The translations under genes and the position numbers were made by a program. This document shows, piece after piece, positions 20,093-30,837 of a DNA stretch of 64,000 bases (within the stretch, counting starts at the first letter, position 1; every line of letters starts with the position of its first letter). The notes below the pieces were generated by a model. It did no database searches. It had not been told where the DNA came from and was given only the letters and a program-made list of their open reading frames with translations. This stretch comes from Candidatus Aceula lacicola (lineage in GTDB: Bacteria > Omnitrophota > Gorgyraeia > Zapsychrales > Aceulaceae): the NCBI GenBank assembly GCA_030765785.1, contig JAVCCC010000018.1, forward strand, positions 761 through 64,760, read 5' to 3'.

Positions 20093-21342
20093 TTTAGAAA
20101 CCTCGGAATTTTCTCACCACGAATTAAATCGTTAAATGTTTCTCTTGATTTGATAATTTCAAATTTGTTTCCTTTAACCATAACCTCCGCAACTTTTGGA
20201 CGAATGTTGTAGTTGCTCGCCATAGTAGATCCATAAGCGCCGGCACGCATGATAGCTAAAAGAGCGTTCTTTTTAACTGTACTAAGAGGCCTATCTTTTG
20301 CAAAGAAGTCGCCACTTTCGCAGATGGGCCCGACAACATCGACTTTTATTTTCTTGGCAGCGGTTTTTTTTGTTGGAATAATTTCATGATAGGCATTGTA
20401 AAGTGATGGTCTGGCAAAATCATTCATCCCCCCATCAACAATAACAAATTTCTTAACCCCATTATTTTTATTGTATAAAACTTTTGTTACAAAAATTCCC
20501 GAAGGTCCTGCAATAAAGCGACCGGGCTCAAGAATGATTTTAAGTCCTGTCATTTTCAGCAGTGGCAATAGCGCTTTGGCAAATTGTTTAGACGTTATGG
20601 CTTTTTTCTCGTAGGAGATGCCGAATCCCCCTCCGATATCTAAATATCGAAGGCAAATACTATCAGCACAAAGAATTTCTAGAAATTGAATGATTTTCTT
20701 AAGCGCAAAAACATATGGCTTAACGGATGTGATCTGAGATCCCAAGTGCACATGAAGTCCGTTAATCTCAAGGCTTGGATATTTCTTTGCATTTTTAAGT
20801 ATTTCGTGTGCTGTTTTTAGATCAATGCCAAATTTATTTTTTAACGTTCCTGTCGTAATCGACTTGTGTGTTGCCGCATCAACATCCGGATTAATCCTAA
20901 GAGCGACTTGGACAACTTTCCGTAATTTTTTTGCGATTGTATTAATAGCGTTAAGTTCCTCTTTAGATTCAACATTAAAAAGCAAAATACCTTTTTTAAC
21001 AGCAAGCGCAATCTCCTCTTGCGTCTTTCCAGCAGATGCAAAACAAATTGTTTTCGGATTTGCGCCAACTCTGATCGCTTTTTTAAGTTCTCCACCAGAA
21101 ACAATGTCAATGCCCGCTCCCTGATCGATAAGCGTCTTTAAAATCGCAGCGTTTCCGTTTGATTTCATGGCAAAACATACCAACGGATTCACCGGGGCAA
21201 ATGCATCTCTAATTTTTTGAAAATGCTCCACAAGCGTTTTGTGGCTATAAAGATAAAACGGTGTGCCAACCTTCTTGGCAACAGCGCCGACTTTTACAGA
21301 TTCACAATAAAGCTCATTATTTTTAAAGTTAAAATCATGCAT
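20089..21342 (-). CDS. lysA: Diaminopimelate decarboxylase
   Basis: FAMKSN, HVHLGSQ, EPGR, GPICESGD. Confidence 0.98.
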   Translation of the reverse strand: MHDFNFKNNELYCESVKVGAVAKKVGTPFYLYSHKTLVEHFQKIRDAFAPVNPLVCFAMKSNGNAAILKTLIDQGAGIDIVSGGELKKAIRVGANPKTICFASAGKTQEEIALAVKKGILLFNVESKEELNAINTIAKKLRKVVQVALRINPDVDAATHKSITTGTLKNKFGIDLKTAHEILKNAKKYPSLEINGLHVHLGSQITSVKPYVFALKKIIQFLEILCADSICLRYLDIGGGFGISYEKKAITSKQFAKALLPLLKMTGLKIILEPGRFIAGPSGIFVTKVLYNKNNGVKKFVIVDGGMNDFARPSLYNAYHEIIPTKKTAAKKIKVDVVGPICESGDFFAKDRPLSTVKKNALLAIMRAGAYGSTMASNYNIRPKVAEVMVKGNKFEIIKSRETFNDLIRGEKIPRFLK

Positions 21343-22711
21343 TGAGTTTTTTCTTCCATTTTAAAAGTTGTTTATAAACCATAGTCGGATTTGTTGATCC
21401 AAAAGATTTTTTGTTTAAAACAGAGGCCTTTGGATTAAGCAGCTTTTTAACATCGCTGGAAAATTTTTGTGAATATTTCTTAAGCTGTGACGTTGTTAAC
21501 TCAGAGATTTTTTTGTCTTTATCCAAACAGCCTTTGACCATTTTCCCGATGGTATCGTGTGCCTCTCGATAAGAAACGCCTTTCTTAATCAAATATTCCA
21601 TAATATCAACAGAAAAGAGTGCCTCATTTTTGATCTTTTTTTCAATGGATTTCTTTTTAACCGTGATTCCTTTAAACAATGCAGCGAGCACCTCTAGCAT
21701 TTGCTTAACTGTTTCAACAGATTCAAACAAAGGTGGTTTGTCGAGCTGCATGTCTCGATTATAGGTCAAAGAAAGTCCTTTCATCAGATTTAGAATTTCT
21801 GACAAATTTCCATAGATTTTTCCTGTTGTCCCGCGAATAAGCTCTAAAATGTCAGGATTCTTTTTGTGTGGCATGATAGATGATCCTGTGCAAAACGCAG
21901 CATCGATATCAATAAAATTGAATTCGTTCGTAACCCATAAAATTAAATCTTCTGAAATTCGCGAAAGATGCATTGCAATAATGGAAAGCGACGAGATGAT
22001 TTCGATAACAAAATCTCGATCGCTAACAGCATCAATGCTGTTTTGGGTAATACCTTTTAAGCCAAGTTTTTTTGCAACAAAGGCACGATCTATTTTTAAA
22101 GACGTTCCAGATAGTGCACAGCTTCCTAAAGGCAGAACGTTTAAACGGTCTCCTGCATCTAAAAGACGTCCTTTGTCGCGCTGAAGCATTTCAACGTAGG
22201 CAAGCATGTGATGCGCAAGTAAGACCACCTGAGCTGATTGCAAATGAGTGTATGCGGGCACAATGACATCTTTGTTCTTAAGAGAAAATTTAAGAATTGA
22301 AGATTGCAGATTGTTGATCCCGTAAAAGATGAATGCAATTTGCTCAAGACAATATAGGCGAATGTCGAGTGCAATTTGATCATTTCGAGATCGTGCTGTA
22401 TGCAGCTTATCAGCAGCTGGTCCAATTTGTTTCTTTAAAGCATTTTGGATATTCGTGTGTACATCCTCTGCTTTTAGATCAAATTTGAATTTATTTGCTA
22501 AGATTTGTTTTTCAATCTTTTTTAGACCAGAGACAATTTTATCGCTATCTTTTTTGGGGATAATTTTACATTTTCCAAGCATTTGTGCATGTGCAATGCT
22601 TCCAGCGACATCATATTTTGCAAGACATTTATCGTATGAGATGCTGAAAGAAAAGTCATCAGCAAGTTTGCTTGACTTTTTTGTAAATCGTCCTCCCCAT
22701 AATTTACTCAT
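21335..22711 (-). CDS. argH: Argininosuccinate lyase
   Basis: LWGGRF, HTARSRNDQ, GSSIMPHKKNPD. Confidence 0.98.
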   Translation of the reverse strand: MSKLWGGRFTKKSSKLADDFSFSISYDKCLAKYDVAGSIAHAQMLGKCKIIPKKDSDKIVSGLKKIEKQILANKFKFDLKAEDVHTNIQNALKKQIGPAADKLHTARSRNDQIALDIRLYCLEQIAFIFYGINNLQSSILKFSLKNKDVIVPAYTHLQSAQVVLLAHHMLAYVEMLQRDKGRLLDAGDRLNVLPLGSCALSGTSLKIDRAFVAKKLGLKGITQNSIDAVSDRDFVIEIISSLSIIAMHLSRISEDLILWVTNEFNFIDIDAAFCTGSSIMPHKKNPDILELIRGTTGKIYGNLSEILNLMKGLSLTYNRDMQLDKPPLFESVETVKQMLEVLAALFKGITVKKKSIEKKIKNEALFSVDIMEYLIKKGVSYREAHDTIGKMVKGCLDKDKKISELTTSQLKKYSQKFSSDVKKLLNPKASVLNKKSFGSTNPTMVYKQLLKWKKKLNA

Positions 22712-22734
22712 TATTTGCTCCCTTTAGTTTTTCG

Positions 22735-23904
22735 CTATTTACTAAACGGAAGGCTCCATAAATGGTTGAAGCCTTCAGCTAATTTTTGATCAAATGTATC
22801 TTTCTCGCCATATGTTGCCAGTTCTTCTTTGTAGCGAGAGTGCTTTGATTTTCGACCAACCACTGTGCAGTTTCCTTTGTAAAGCTTAAGTCGAACAACG
22901 CCGGTTGTAAATACATGTGCTTTATTAAAGTATGAATCAAGCTGTTCTTTTAGCGGAGTAAACCATAGACCATTGTATATTAACTCTGCATATTTTTGCG
23001 AAGCCTGAGTTTTATAGCGCATAGTTTCGCGGTCTAAAACAAGGCTTTCAAGATCAGATAAAGCTGTGTGTAAAATTGTTCCGGCGGGATTTTCGTATAT
23101 TTCTCGAGATTTAATTCCTACCAAACGATTTTCTATCATATCGACACGTCCGATGCCATTCTTACCTCCAATTTCGTTTAACTTTTTTATAAGCGAAACT
23201 GGTTTATATGGTGTTCCGTTTATTTTCTTCGGTATTCCTTTATCAAAAGTTATTTCAATATATGTTGCTTTGTTTGGCGCTTTTAAAGGAGATTGCGTCA
23301 TTGCGTAAATATTTTCTGGTGGTTCAGTCCACGGATTCTCTAAAACGCCACATTCTATTGCACGACCATATGCATTCGTATCAATGCTATATGGATTTTT
23401 TTTAGTCACGTTAACAGATATGCCCATTTTTTTGGCATAATCCATTTCTTCTTCGCGCGTTTTGAATTCCCATGTTCGGACTGGCGCTATTATTTCCATT
23501 TCTGGAGCCATTAAACGAAATGTGGTTTCAAAGCGCACCTGATCATTGCCCTTCCCTGTGCATCCATGTGCAAGCGCATCAGCTTTTTCTTTTTTTGCAA
23601 TTTTCACCTGATGCTTCGCTATTAATGGACGAGACAAAGCGCAAGCAAGATTATATTTGCCTTCATATAGAGCGCCTGCCTTTAAAGCCAAAAGAATATA
23701 ATCTTCAATAAGTTCTTTTTGAAGATCGAGACAGTAGACCTTTGATGCTCCTGACTTAAGAGCCTTTTTTTCGACCTTTTTAAAGTCTCCACCCTGGCCA
23801 ACGTTTCCAATGACAGCTATTGTATTGTAGCCTTTATTTTTTAACCAAGGTATTATGCATGAAGTGTCTAATCCGCCTGAATAAGCTAAAACAACTTTTT
23901 TCAT
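22735..23904 (-). CDS. argG: Argininosuccinate synthase
   Basis: AYSGGLDTS, HGCTGKGNDQVRF, KSREIYE. Confidence 0.98.
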   Translation of the reverse strand: MKKVVLAYSGGLDTSCIIPWLKNKGYNTIAVIGNVGQGGDFKKVEKKALKSGASKVYCLDLQKELIEDYILLALKAGALYEGKYNLACALSRPLIAKHQVKIAKKEKADALAHGCTGKGNDQVRFETTFRLMAPEMEIIAPVRTWEFKTREEEMDYAKKMGISVNVTKKNPYSIDTNAYGRAIECGVLENPWTEPPENIYAMTQSPLKAPNKATYIEITFDKGIPKKINGTPYKPVSLIKKLNEIGGKNGIGRVDMIENRLVGIKSREIYENPAGTILHTALSDLESLVLDRETMRYKTQASQKYAELIYNGLWFTPLKEQLDSYFNKAHVFTTGVVRLKLYKGNCTVVGRKSKHSRYKEELATYGEKDTFDQKLAEGFNHLWSLPFSK

Positions 23905-24831
23905 TTATTTCTCTCCCTCTCCTAGCAAAAACGTCAAGATTGCTTTTTGAACATGCATTCGATTTTCTGCTTGATCAAAAACAACTGAATTTGGCCCATC
24001 GATGACATCAGCAGAAACTTCCATTCCTCGATGAGCTGGAAGACAGTGCATAAAAATGTAATCTGATTGAGCACCTTTGATTAAATCGCTATTAATTTGA
24101 AATCCTTTAAAATCTTTTTTTCGTTTTTTATCTTCTTCTTCTTGGCCCATGCTGACCCAAACGTCAGAGTAAATAACATCGGCATTGCCAACCGCTTCTT
24201 CAGGATCATTGAGAATCGTAATTTTAGATCCTGTTTCTTCAGCGATTCCTTGAGCCATATTTAGAATATCTTGGCTTGGCTCATACTTTTTTGGCGTAGC
24301 GATGTTTAAGTCATATCCTATGCGTGCACACGCGAGAATTAGCGAATGACAAACATTGTTTCCATCTCCTATATAAGACATCAAGACTTTCTTTTCGTCG
24401 CCAAATTTTTCTTTAACGGTTAAAATATCAGCCAACGCTTGGCATGGGTGGAATAAATCTGAAAGTCCATTAATAATGACAGCTGACGCATTCTCAGCAA
24501 GCTCGACAACATCAGTGTGTGAAAAGGTTCGAGCAACAATGCAATCAAGATAACGCGACAGCGTTTTAGCAACATCAGCAACTGATTCTCGTTTGCCAAG
24601 ATTGATTTCTTGAGGTGCTAAATAAAGGCATTTTCCGCCAAGTTGCCAGACTGCAATTTCACAAGAAACACGCGTTCGGTTAGATGGTTTTTGAAATAAA
24701 AGCCCAACCGCCTTATTTTTAAGATGATTTGTTATTTTTGAGCCGCTATTTTTAAGTTTTATTGCAAGGTCAATAATGTGTGCGACCTCGTTAGAACTTA
24801 AATCATGCAAGCTTAAGAGATCTCGTTTCAT
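23905..24831 (-). CDS. argF: Ornithine carbamoyltransferase
   Basis: PSNRTR, HPCQ, WVSMG, HCLP. Confidence 0.97.
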   Translation of the reverse strand: MKRDLLSLHDLSSNEVAHIIDLAIKLKNSGSKITNHLKNKAVGLLFQKPSNRTRVSCEIAVWQLGGKCLYLAPQEINLGKRESVADVAKTLSRYLDCIVARTFSHTDVVELAENASAVIINGLSDLFHPCQALADILTVKEKFGDEKKVLMSYIGDGNNVCHSLILACARIGYDLNIATPKKYEPSQDILNMAQGIAEETGSKITILNDPEEAVGNADVIYSDVWVSMGQEEEDKKRKKDFKGFQINSDLIKGAQSDYIFMHCLPAHRGMEVSADVIDGPNSVVFDQAENRMHVQKAILTFLLGEGEK

Positions 24832-26012
24832 TGAGTCACCTTTTTAAATGATTTTTTAAGAATGTAAAATGCTTTATCCATTTGCTTTTTCGTTACATTT
24901 AAAGCTGGCATAATACGCAAAATATTTCCTTGTGTACAGTTGATAATGAGCCCGTTTTCGAAACATTCATCAAAAATAGCTTTGCCATCGATATCTAGCT
25001 CAATGGCAAGCATGAGCCCAAGCCCACGAATTTCTTTGATGCATGAAAATTCCTTTTTTAGTTTTTCAAATTTTTCGATGGCGTAAGCCCCCATTTTTTT
25101 AGTATTTTTTAGCATCTTATCTTTTTCAATCGCCTTAAAAACGCCGAGCGCTGCCTTACAAACAATCGGGCTTCCGCCAAATGTGGATGCATGCATACCG
25201 GGCTTAAATGTATCGGCAATTTCTTTTTTAACGACAATGGCTCCAATTGGTAGCCCGCCGCCTAAAGATTTTGCTAAGACCATAATATCTGGCGCAACGC
25301 CATAATTTTTAAATGCAAACATCTCTCCGGTTCGCCCAAGACCGGTTTGAACTTCATCAAAGATAAGCAATATGTCTTTCTCTTTGCATATCTTTGCAAG
25401 TTCAGTGATATATTCTTTTTGCGCAACGTGAATGCCACCCTCTCCCTGAACAACTTCAATCATAATCGCAGCTGTCTTATCGTTGATGGCTTTTTTTATG
25501 GCATCGATATCATTAAAAGGAACAATTTTAAAACCTTCAACCAGAGGGAAAAAACCATCTTGGTATTTTTTTTGTCCTGTTGCTGAAAGCGCTCCAAGCG
25601 TTCGGCCATGGAATGATTTTTCCATGCTGATAATTTCGTAGCGATCGCCTTTTCCATAAATGCGAGAGAATTTAATTGCCGATTCGCAAGCTTCAGCGCC
25701 ACTATTACAAAAAAATACTTTTGCCGGAAAAGACCAATGTACGATTTCCTGTGCAAGTTTTAGCTGGTTCGGATTGTAAAAGTTATTTGGGATATGAATT
25801 AATTTTCCAATTTGATCCCGAACAGCAGAGACAACTTTAGGATGACAATGCCCAACATTGCTCACGCCCCAGCCAGGAAAAAAGTCTAAATATTTTTTTC
25901 CAGTGATATCAACGAGCGTCATGCCTTTTCCTTTGACGAAAATACCCGGCGTACGTGTATATGTCGTCAAAATATAATTGTCATAATCTTTTAGAATTTT
26001 TAGTTTTCGCAT
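24828..26012 (-). CDS. argD: Acetylornithine aminotransferase
   Basis: NSGAEA, FHGRT, DEVQTG, AKSLGGG. Arg operon context. Confidence 0.95.
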   Translation of the reverse strand: MRKLKILKDYDNYILTTYTRTPGIFVKGKGMTLVDITGKKYLDFFPGWGVSNVGHCHPKVVSAVRDQIGKLIHIPNNFYNPNQLKLAQEIVHWSFPAKVFFCNSGAEACESAIKFSRIYGKGDRYEIISMEKSFHGRTLGALSATGQKKYQDGFFPLVEGFKIVPFNDIDAIKKAINDKTAAIMIEVVQGEGGIHVAQKEYITELAKICKEKDILLIFDEVQTGLGRTGEMFAFKNYGVAPDIMVLAKSLGGGLPIGAIVVKKEIADTFKPGMHASTFGGSPIVCKAALGVFKAIEKDKMLKNTKKMGAYAIEKFEKLKKEFSCIKEIRGLGLMLAIELDIDGKAIFDECFENGLIINCTQGNILRIMPALNVTKKQMDKAFYILKKSFKKVTQ

Positions 26013-26863
26013 TTTTTTATAATCTGTGTTCCGACACCGCGGTCGGTGAAAATCTCAAGTAAGATAGCATGCTGCATGCGTGCATCAATAATGTGAGTTT
26101 TATGAACGCCTCCGTTAAGCGTTTCGATACATGCATCCACTTTTGGAATCATGCCAGAATTAATAATCTTTTTTTCTTTTAGTTGATCGACTTCTTGAGT
26201 CGTCAGCGTTGAGATAAGTGATTCCTGATCCTCAGGATCTCGTAAAACGCCTAAAACGTTTGTCAAAAGAACGAGCTTCTCTGCATTCATTGAAACTGCG
26301 ATCGCGCTTGCCACCTCATCTGCGTTGATATTGTGTTGTTGCTTTGCTCCGCAAATACCCATTGGCGATATAACGGTGATATGCCCTTTTTTAAGGTGTT
26401 TCTCAATTGCTTTTTTATCGATCGTCTTAACTTGACCAACAAATCCAAGATCTTTGGATGCTTTTTTCTTTTCGACGTGAATGATATTTTCGTGACCAAT
26501 TAATCCTGTTACGTCTCCATTAAGCCCTTTGATTTCTTTTACAATTTTTTGATTTAGTTTTCCAAGTTCTTCGCTAACGATATTAAGCGTGTGCTTATCC
26601 GTAATGCGAATGCCATCATGAAATTCTGCTTTTTTTCCTATTGCTTGCAAGCGTGCATTAATATAAGGTCCGCCACCGTGAACAAGAATAGTTCGAATAC
26701 CAACATAGCTTAAGAAAACAAGATCTTCGAAAATATATTTTCGAATGATATCGTTTTCAAGAATGCTGCCGCCATATTTAATGACAAATACTTTTCGACG
26801 AAACGCATGAATATACGGAAGCGCTTCAACGAGAATACCAGCTTTTTTAATTATATTTTCCAT
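26000..26863 (-). CDS. argB: Acetylglutamate kinase
   Basis: IKYGGS, VHGGGP, NINAD, GMIPK. Confidence 0.97.
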   Translation of the reverse strand: MENIIKKAGILVEALPYIHAFRRKVFVIKYGGSILENDIIRKYIFEDLVFLSYVGIRTILVHGGGPYINARLQAIGKKAEFHDGIRITDKHTLNIVSEELGKLNQKIVKEIKGLNGDVTGLIGHENIIHVEKKKASKDLGFVGQVKTIDKKAIEKHLKKGHITVISPMGICGAKQQHNINADEVASAIAVSMNAEKLVLLTNVLGVLRDPEDQESLISTLTTQEVDQLKEKKIINSGMIPKVDACIETLNGGVHKTHIIDARMQHAILLEIFTDRGVGTQIIKKCEN

Positions 26864-27986
26864 TGATTTTCACATATCCGGTTGACAAATCTGATGTATA
26901 TACAGTCCACGAAGATGAGCCGATATTTAAATCAACATGGATACTGATGTTTTTCTTTTCAAAAGAACTAAACTTTATCTTTAATTGTTTATCCGTAATG
27001 TTAAGCCCAAGAGATCCTACGGCAGCAGCAACTCGTCCCCAATTAGGGTTGCTTCCATAGGCTGCGGTCTTAACAAGATTTGAATTTGCAATCGCGAATG
27101 CAACTTTTTTAGCCTGCGCATTATTTTTTGCACTGCTAACGGACACGGTGATAAATTTTGTGGCGCCCTCCCCATCAATAACAATTTTTTTCGCAAGGTC
27201 AAGGCAGGCAAATTGAAGCGCTTCGCAAAACTTTTTGTAATCGCTGCTTTTTTTTACAATTTTAGAGTTCTTTGCAAGACCGTTGGCCATTGCAATAACC
27301 ATATCATTTGTGCTCATGCAGTTATCCACTGTAATGCTATTAAACGATGTTGCGCAAGCGTCTTTAAGAGCTAGCTTTAATAGTGGCGCACTAATCGAGA
27401 TATCTGTCGCGATATAGCATAACATTGTTGCCATGTTTGGAGCGATCATTCCAGAACCTTTTGCCATAGCTCCGATTTTAACTTTTTTCTTACCGACCAT
27501 AAGCTCAACGGCAATCTCTTTTTCAAACGTATCGGTTGTCAAAATTGCTTTTGCAGAGATTTTTGCATTTTTTCGCGAAAGTTTATTGACAAGTGCAGGC
27601 GCAGCCTTTTTAATTTTTTTAAATGGCAATGGTTTTCCGATAATACCTGTTGAGGAAACCAGAACATCATTTTTTGATATATCCAAAAGCTTTGCAATCA
27701 GCTCAGAAGTTTTTTCAGCGTAAACCAGACCAAATTTTCCTGTAAAACAATTGGCATTACCACTATTTGTAATAATGGCTTGGGCCTTATTGTTTTTAAT
27801 TTTTTTCTTAGTCACAACAAGTGGCGCTGCTATAATCGAATTCTTTGTAAAAACGCCGACACTCGTTGCTGGAATTTTACATGTAATAAGTGAAAGATCA
27901 GGCTTTCCTGATTTTTTGATTCCGCACCAAAGGCCATTGGCTAAAAATCCTTGAGCTGTTGTGATACCACCTTTTATTGTCTTCAT
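26847..27986 (-). CDS. argJ: Ornithine acetyltransferase
   Basis: NSGNAN, KGSGMIAPNMATML, DGEGATK, NWGR. Confidence 0.97.
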   Translation of the reverse strand: MKTIKGGITTAQGFLANGLWCGIKKSGKPDLSLITCKIPATSVGVFTKNSIIAAPLVVTKKKIKNNKAQAIITNSGNANCFTGKFGLVYAEKTSELIAKLLDISKNDVLVSSTGIIGKPLPFKKIKKAAPALVNKLSRKNAKISAKAILTTDTFEKEIAVELMVGKKKVKIGAMAKGSGMIAPNMATMLCYIATDISISAPLLKLALKDACATSFNSITVDNCMSTNDMVIAMANGLAKNSKIVKKSSDYKKFCEALQFACLDLAKKIVIDGEGATKFITVSVSSAKNNAQAKKVAFAIANSNLVKTAAYGSNPNWGRVAAAVGSLGLNITDKQLKIKFSSFEKKNISIHVDLNIGSSSWTVYTSDLSTGYVKINGKYN

Positions 27987-27995
27987 TTTTAATCC

Positions 27996-29009
27996 TTACA
28001 AAAGTCCCGTGTTTTCTTTAAAGCCACACATAAGATTCATATTTTGGACAGCCTGACCTGAAGCGCCTTTCATTAGGTTGTCAATCGCGCTTGTGATAAC
28101 GAGCATGTTGTTTTTGACCGCAAAACCGATGTCACAATAATTTGTTCCAGTCACATTCTTTGTTTCTGGCTGACACCCTGGTTTTAAGATACGCACGAAT
28201 TCTTCAGTCTTATAAAATTTTTGATAAAGGCTATATATTTTCTGTGCCGTCATCGGACTTTTAAGCTGAATATAAACTGTTTCCAAAATACCATAATTCA
28301 TCGGAATTAAATGAGGTACAAAAGTAATGTCCACTTTTTTTCCGGAAAGCCGAGATAAGTAAGCACAAATTTCAGGCGCGTGTTGATGACAAAGCGCTTT
28401 GTATGCTTTTAAATTTTCATTGGCTTCCGAGTAAATAAGGCTGAGCACAGTTTTTCGTCCAGCACCCGAAACGCCAGATTTTGCATCGATAATAATCGAG
28501 GCAATTTTTTTGCTATGTGTCGCCATTAATGGCGCAAGCGCCAAAATAGCCGCCGTTGGATAACATCCTGGGTTTGCAACAAGCTTTGCCTTTTTAATCT
28601 CTTCCCGATAAAGCTCAGGAAGCCCATACACTGATTTTGGTAGATTCTTTTTATCCTTGTGAGCAACGCCATACCATTTTTTATAAACAGAAGAATTTTT
28701 AAGTCGGTAATCAGCGCTAAGATCAACAACCATTTTTTTAGCTTTAAGCAATCCTGGAGTGATGCTCATTGACTTTGTATGTGGCACGGCAACAAAGAAA
28801 AGATCACAAAGATTTTTTGCTTTGGAAAGATTAAACTTTTCGCACACCAAACGTGTCTTACCTGCAAACTCCGGATGGATATCGCTTACCTTTCCTGTTG
28901 TTGTGCCAGCGCTCACATGCGTAACGCGGACATCCTTGTGGTTCAAAAGGATTTTTAAAAGCAGCTTTCCAGAATAGCCGCTGATTCCAATAATTCCAAC
29001 ATTGAGCAT
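27996..29009 (-). CDS. argC: N-acetyl-gamma-glutamyl-phosphate reductase
   Basis: ANPGCYPT, SGVSGAG, IDNLMKGASGQA. Confidence 0.98.
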   Translation of the reverse strand: MLNVGIIGISGYSGKLLLKILLNHKDVRVTHVSAGTTTGKVSDIHPEFAGKTRLVCEKFNLSKAKNLCDLFFVAVPHTKSMSITPGLLKAKKMVVDLSADYRLKNSSVYKKWYGVAHKDKKNLPKSVYGLPELYREEIKKAKLVANPGCYPTAAILALAPLMATHSKKIASIIIDAKSGVSGAGRKTVLSLIYSEANENLKAYKALCHQHAPEICAYLSRLSGKKVDITFVPHLIPMNYGILETVYIQLKSPMTAQKIYSLYQKFYKTEEFVRILKPGCQPETKNVTGTNYCDIGFAVKNNMLVITSAIDNLMKGASGQAVQNMNLMCGFKENTGLL

Positions 29010-29049
29010 TTTAAGACTCCTTTAATATAAGTATTATATAGAATGTTTT

Positions 29050-29078
29050 ATAATAAAAGAAAAAGCCTATCTCGTCAA
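29050..29078 (-). promoter_or_regulatory. Sigma70 promoter of the arg-lys operon
   Basis: TTGACG-17-TATTAT upstream of argC. Confidence 0.6.
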
Positions 29079-29107
29079 CTTTTTTCTCGAGGGAGATAGG
29101 CTTTTTT
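29060..29107 (-). terminator. Intrinsic terminator of rplM-rpsI
   Basis: AAAAAGCCTATCTC...GAGATAGGCTTTTT hairpin with a U-tract just after the rpsI stop. Confidence 0.75.
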
Positions 29108-29131
29108 GGTGCTGCTATATTTAAATCTAAA

Positions 29132-29527
29132 TTAACGCTTAACCCATTGAAACTTCTTGCGAGCCCCTTTCTGCCCCGGTTTCATTCTTTCCTTGATTCT
29201 TGCGTCACGGGTTAAAAATTTTGCTTTTTTCAAAAGACTTTTTGTGTCGTCATCACATAAAGATAGTGCGCGTGATAGAGCGAGTTTGATTGCATCAGCT
29301 TGCCCAGCCACTCCTCCGCCAGACACTTTTGCTGTCATGTCAAATTTATCAAGATTGTTCGTTACCTCGAGAGGCGCTAAAACATTAATTCGATCCGTTT
29401 CAGCTGCAAAATATCCCTCAAAAGAACGTTTATTGACCTTTATGATTCCAGTTCCCGGCATAATATTAACGCGTGCAACAGCACATTTTCGACGGCCCGT
29501 TGCCGCATATTTTACAACTTCAACCAT
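29132..29527 (-). CDS. rpsI: 30S ribosomal protein S9
   Basis: TGRRKCAVARV, GGGVAGQA, C-terminal ARKKFQWVKR. Confidence 0.99.
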   Translation of the reverse strand: MVEVVKYAATGRRKCAVARVNIMPGTGIIKVNKRSFEGYFAAETDRINVLAPLEVTNNLDKFDMTAKVSGGGVAGQADAIKLALSRALSLCDDDTKSLLKKAKFLTRDARIKERMKPGQKGARKKFQWVKR

Positions 29528-29532
29528 ATTAA

Positions 29533-29973
29533 TTAAACCTCCAAAGCTATCGGTTTTTGGGCGCTATGTGTATGTTTGTCGCCGGCATAAACCTTTAATT
29601 TTTTGCCCATCTTTGATCCAAGGGCCCCTTTTGGGAGCATGCCAGTAATAGCATGTTTTAAAGCAAACGTTGGCTTTTGAGCCATCATGTCCTTCATAAC
29701 AACGCTTTTTTGTCCAGATGGATATCCAGAATAACGCTGATATGTCTTTTTTTGCAGTTTTGCTCCAGTAACTCGAACCTTTTCTGCATTGATAATAATA
29801 ACCATATCCCCAGTGTCAACATGTGGAGTATAAATTGGCTTGTGTTTACCTCGTAAAATTGATGCAACGCGCGATGCAATGCGACCTAAAACCTTATCCT
29901 TTGCATCAATAATATAGCAAGCCCTCTCTATTTCAGTTGGCTTAGCTACAAATGTTTTTGTTTTTTTAATCAT
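29533..29973 (-). CDS. rplM: 50S ribosomal protein L13
   Basis: [28 protein letters not shown]. Start trimmed to ATG 29973 (SD GAGG). Confidence 0.99.
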   Translation of the reverse strand: MIKKTKTFVAKPTEIERACYIIDAKDKVLGRIASRVASILRGKHKPIYTPHVDTGDMVIIINAEKVRVTGAKLQKKTYQRYSGYPSGQKSVVMKDMMAQKPTFALKHAITGMLPKGALGSKMGKKLKVYAGDKHTHSAQKPIALEV

Positions 29974-30013
29974 AATTTCCTCAACGTTATTCGTTACAGT
30001 ACAATAGAAAGAA

Positions 30014-30041
30014 AGTATAGCAGTTTTCGTTAAAATGTCAA
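30014..30041 (-). promoter_or_regulatory. Sigma70 promoter of rplM-rpsI
   Basis: TTGACA-16-TATACT with extended TG. Confidence 0.7.
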
Positions 30042-30071
30042 CCGAAAAAGTGCCCTGTTTGATTTTTTTGA

Positions 30072-30827
30072 TCAGTATTTCACTTTTAGAAGACACAGGC
30101 CTTTTGCCAGTGCTGTTGGGCCTGCAAATTTTCGATCTTTAGCTTTTAGGATTGTTGATATTTGGCTTGGCTTTATTTTGCCAAGGCCAACTTTGATAAG
30201 AGTTCCTACGATATTTCGGACCATTTTATATAAAAAGCCATTTGCTTCAATGTTAATTGTGATAATGTTTTTTTTCTTTCGGATCGTAATTTTCTGAATG
30301 GTTCGAACAGTATCAATCGGTTTTCCAGCTTTTCTTTTTGCAACATCGATCGCAGCCACAGATTTAAAATCTTTTTTTCCAACAAATTTTTCGGCAGCTT
30401 TCTTCATGATTTCAATATCCAAGGATTGTGGACAATAATGACAAAAAACTTTTGTATGAGCCGAGGGTATGTTTCGATTTAAAATTGTATATCGATAGAT
30501 TTTGCTTTTGGCGCAATATTGTGCATGAAAATTATTTTTGACTTTTATGGATTTAAGAATGACAATATCGTTAGAAAGATTTCCGTTGAGTGCTTTTAGA
30601 ATTGTTTTAGGATCAAGATTAGAGTTTGTTTGAAAATGTGCGACTTGTCCGACGGCATGAACTCCGCAATCTGTTCTTCCTGCTCCCATCAGCGTTATTT
30701 TTTCACCCAAAATTTTTTCGAGATTCTTTTTGATTTCGTCTTGAACCGTTCTCTCGCCTTTTGCCTGAATCTGCCAACCAGAAAAGTTTGTTCCGTCGTA
30801 TTCTATGGTTAACTTGATTGTACGCAT
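30072..30827 (-). CDS. truA: tRNA pseudouridine(38-40) synthase
   Basis: [26 protein letters not shown]. Start trimmed to ATG 30827. Confidence 0.98.
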   Translation of the reverse strand: MRTIKLTIEYDGTNFSGWQIQAKGERTVQDEIKKNLEKILGEKITLMGAGRTDCGVHAVGQVAHFQTNSNLDPKTILKALNGNLSNDIVILKSIKVKNNFHAQYCAKSKIYRYTILNRNIPSAHTKVFCHYCPQSLDIEIMKKAAEKFVGKKDFKSVAAIDVAKRKAGKPIDTVRTIQKITIRKKKNIITINIEANGFLYKMVRNIVGTLIKVGLGKIKPSQISTILKAKDRKFAGPTALAKGLCLLKVKY

Positions 30828-30837
30828 AACAAAAGTT

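Noticed and set aside
29030-29060. ArgR ARG box upstream of argC
   Set aside because: It does not fit TGAAT-N4-ATTCA. Only a weak AT-rich palindrome is present.
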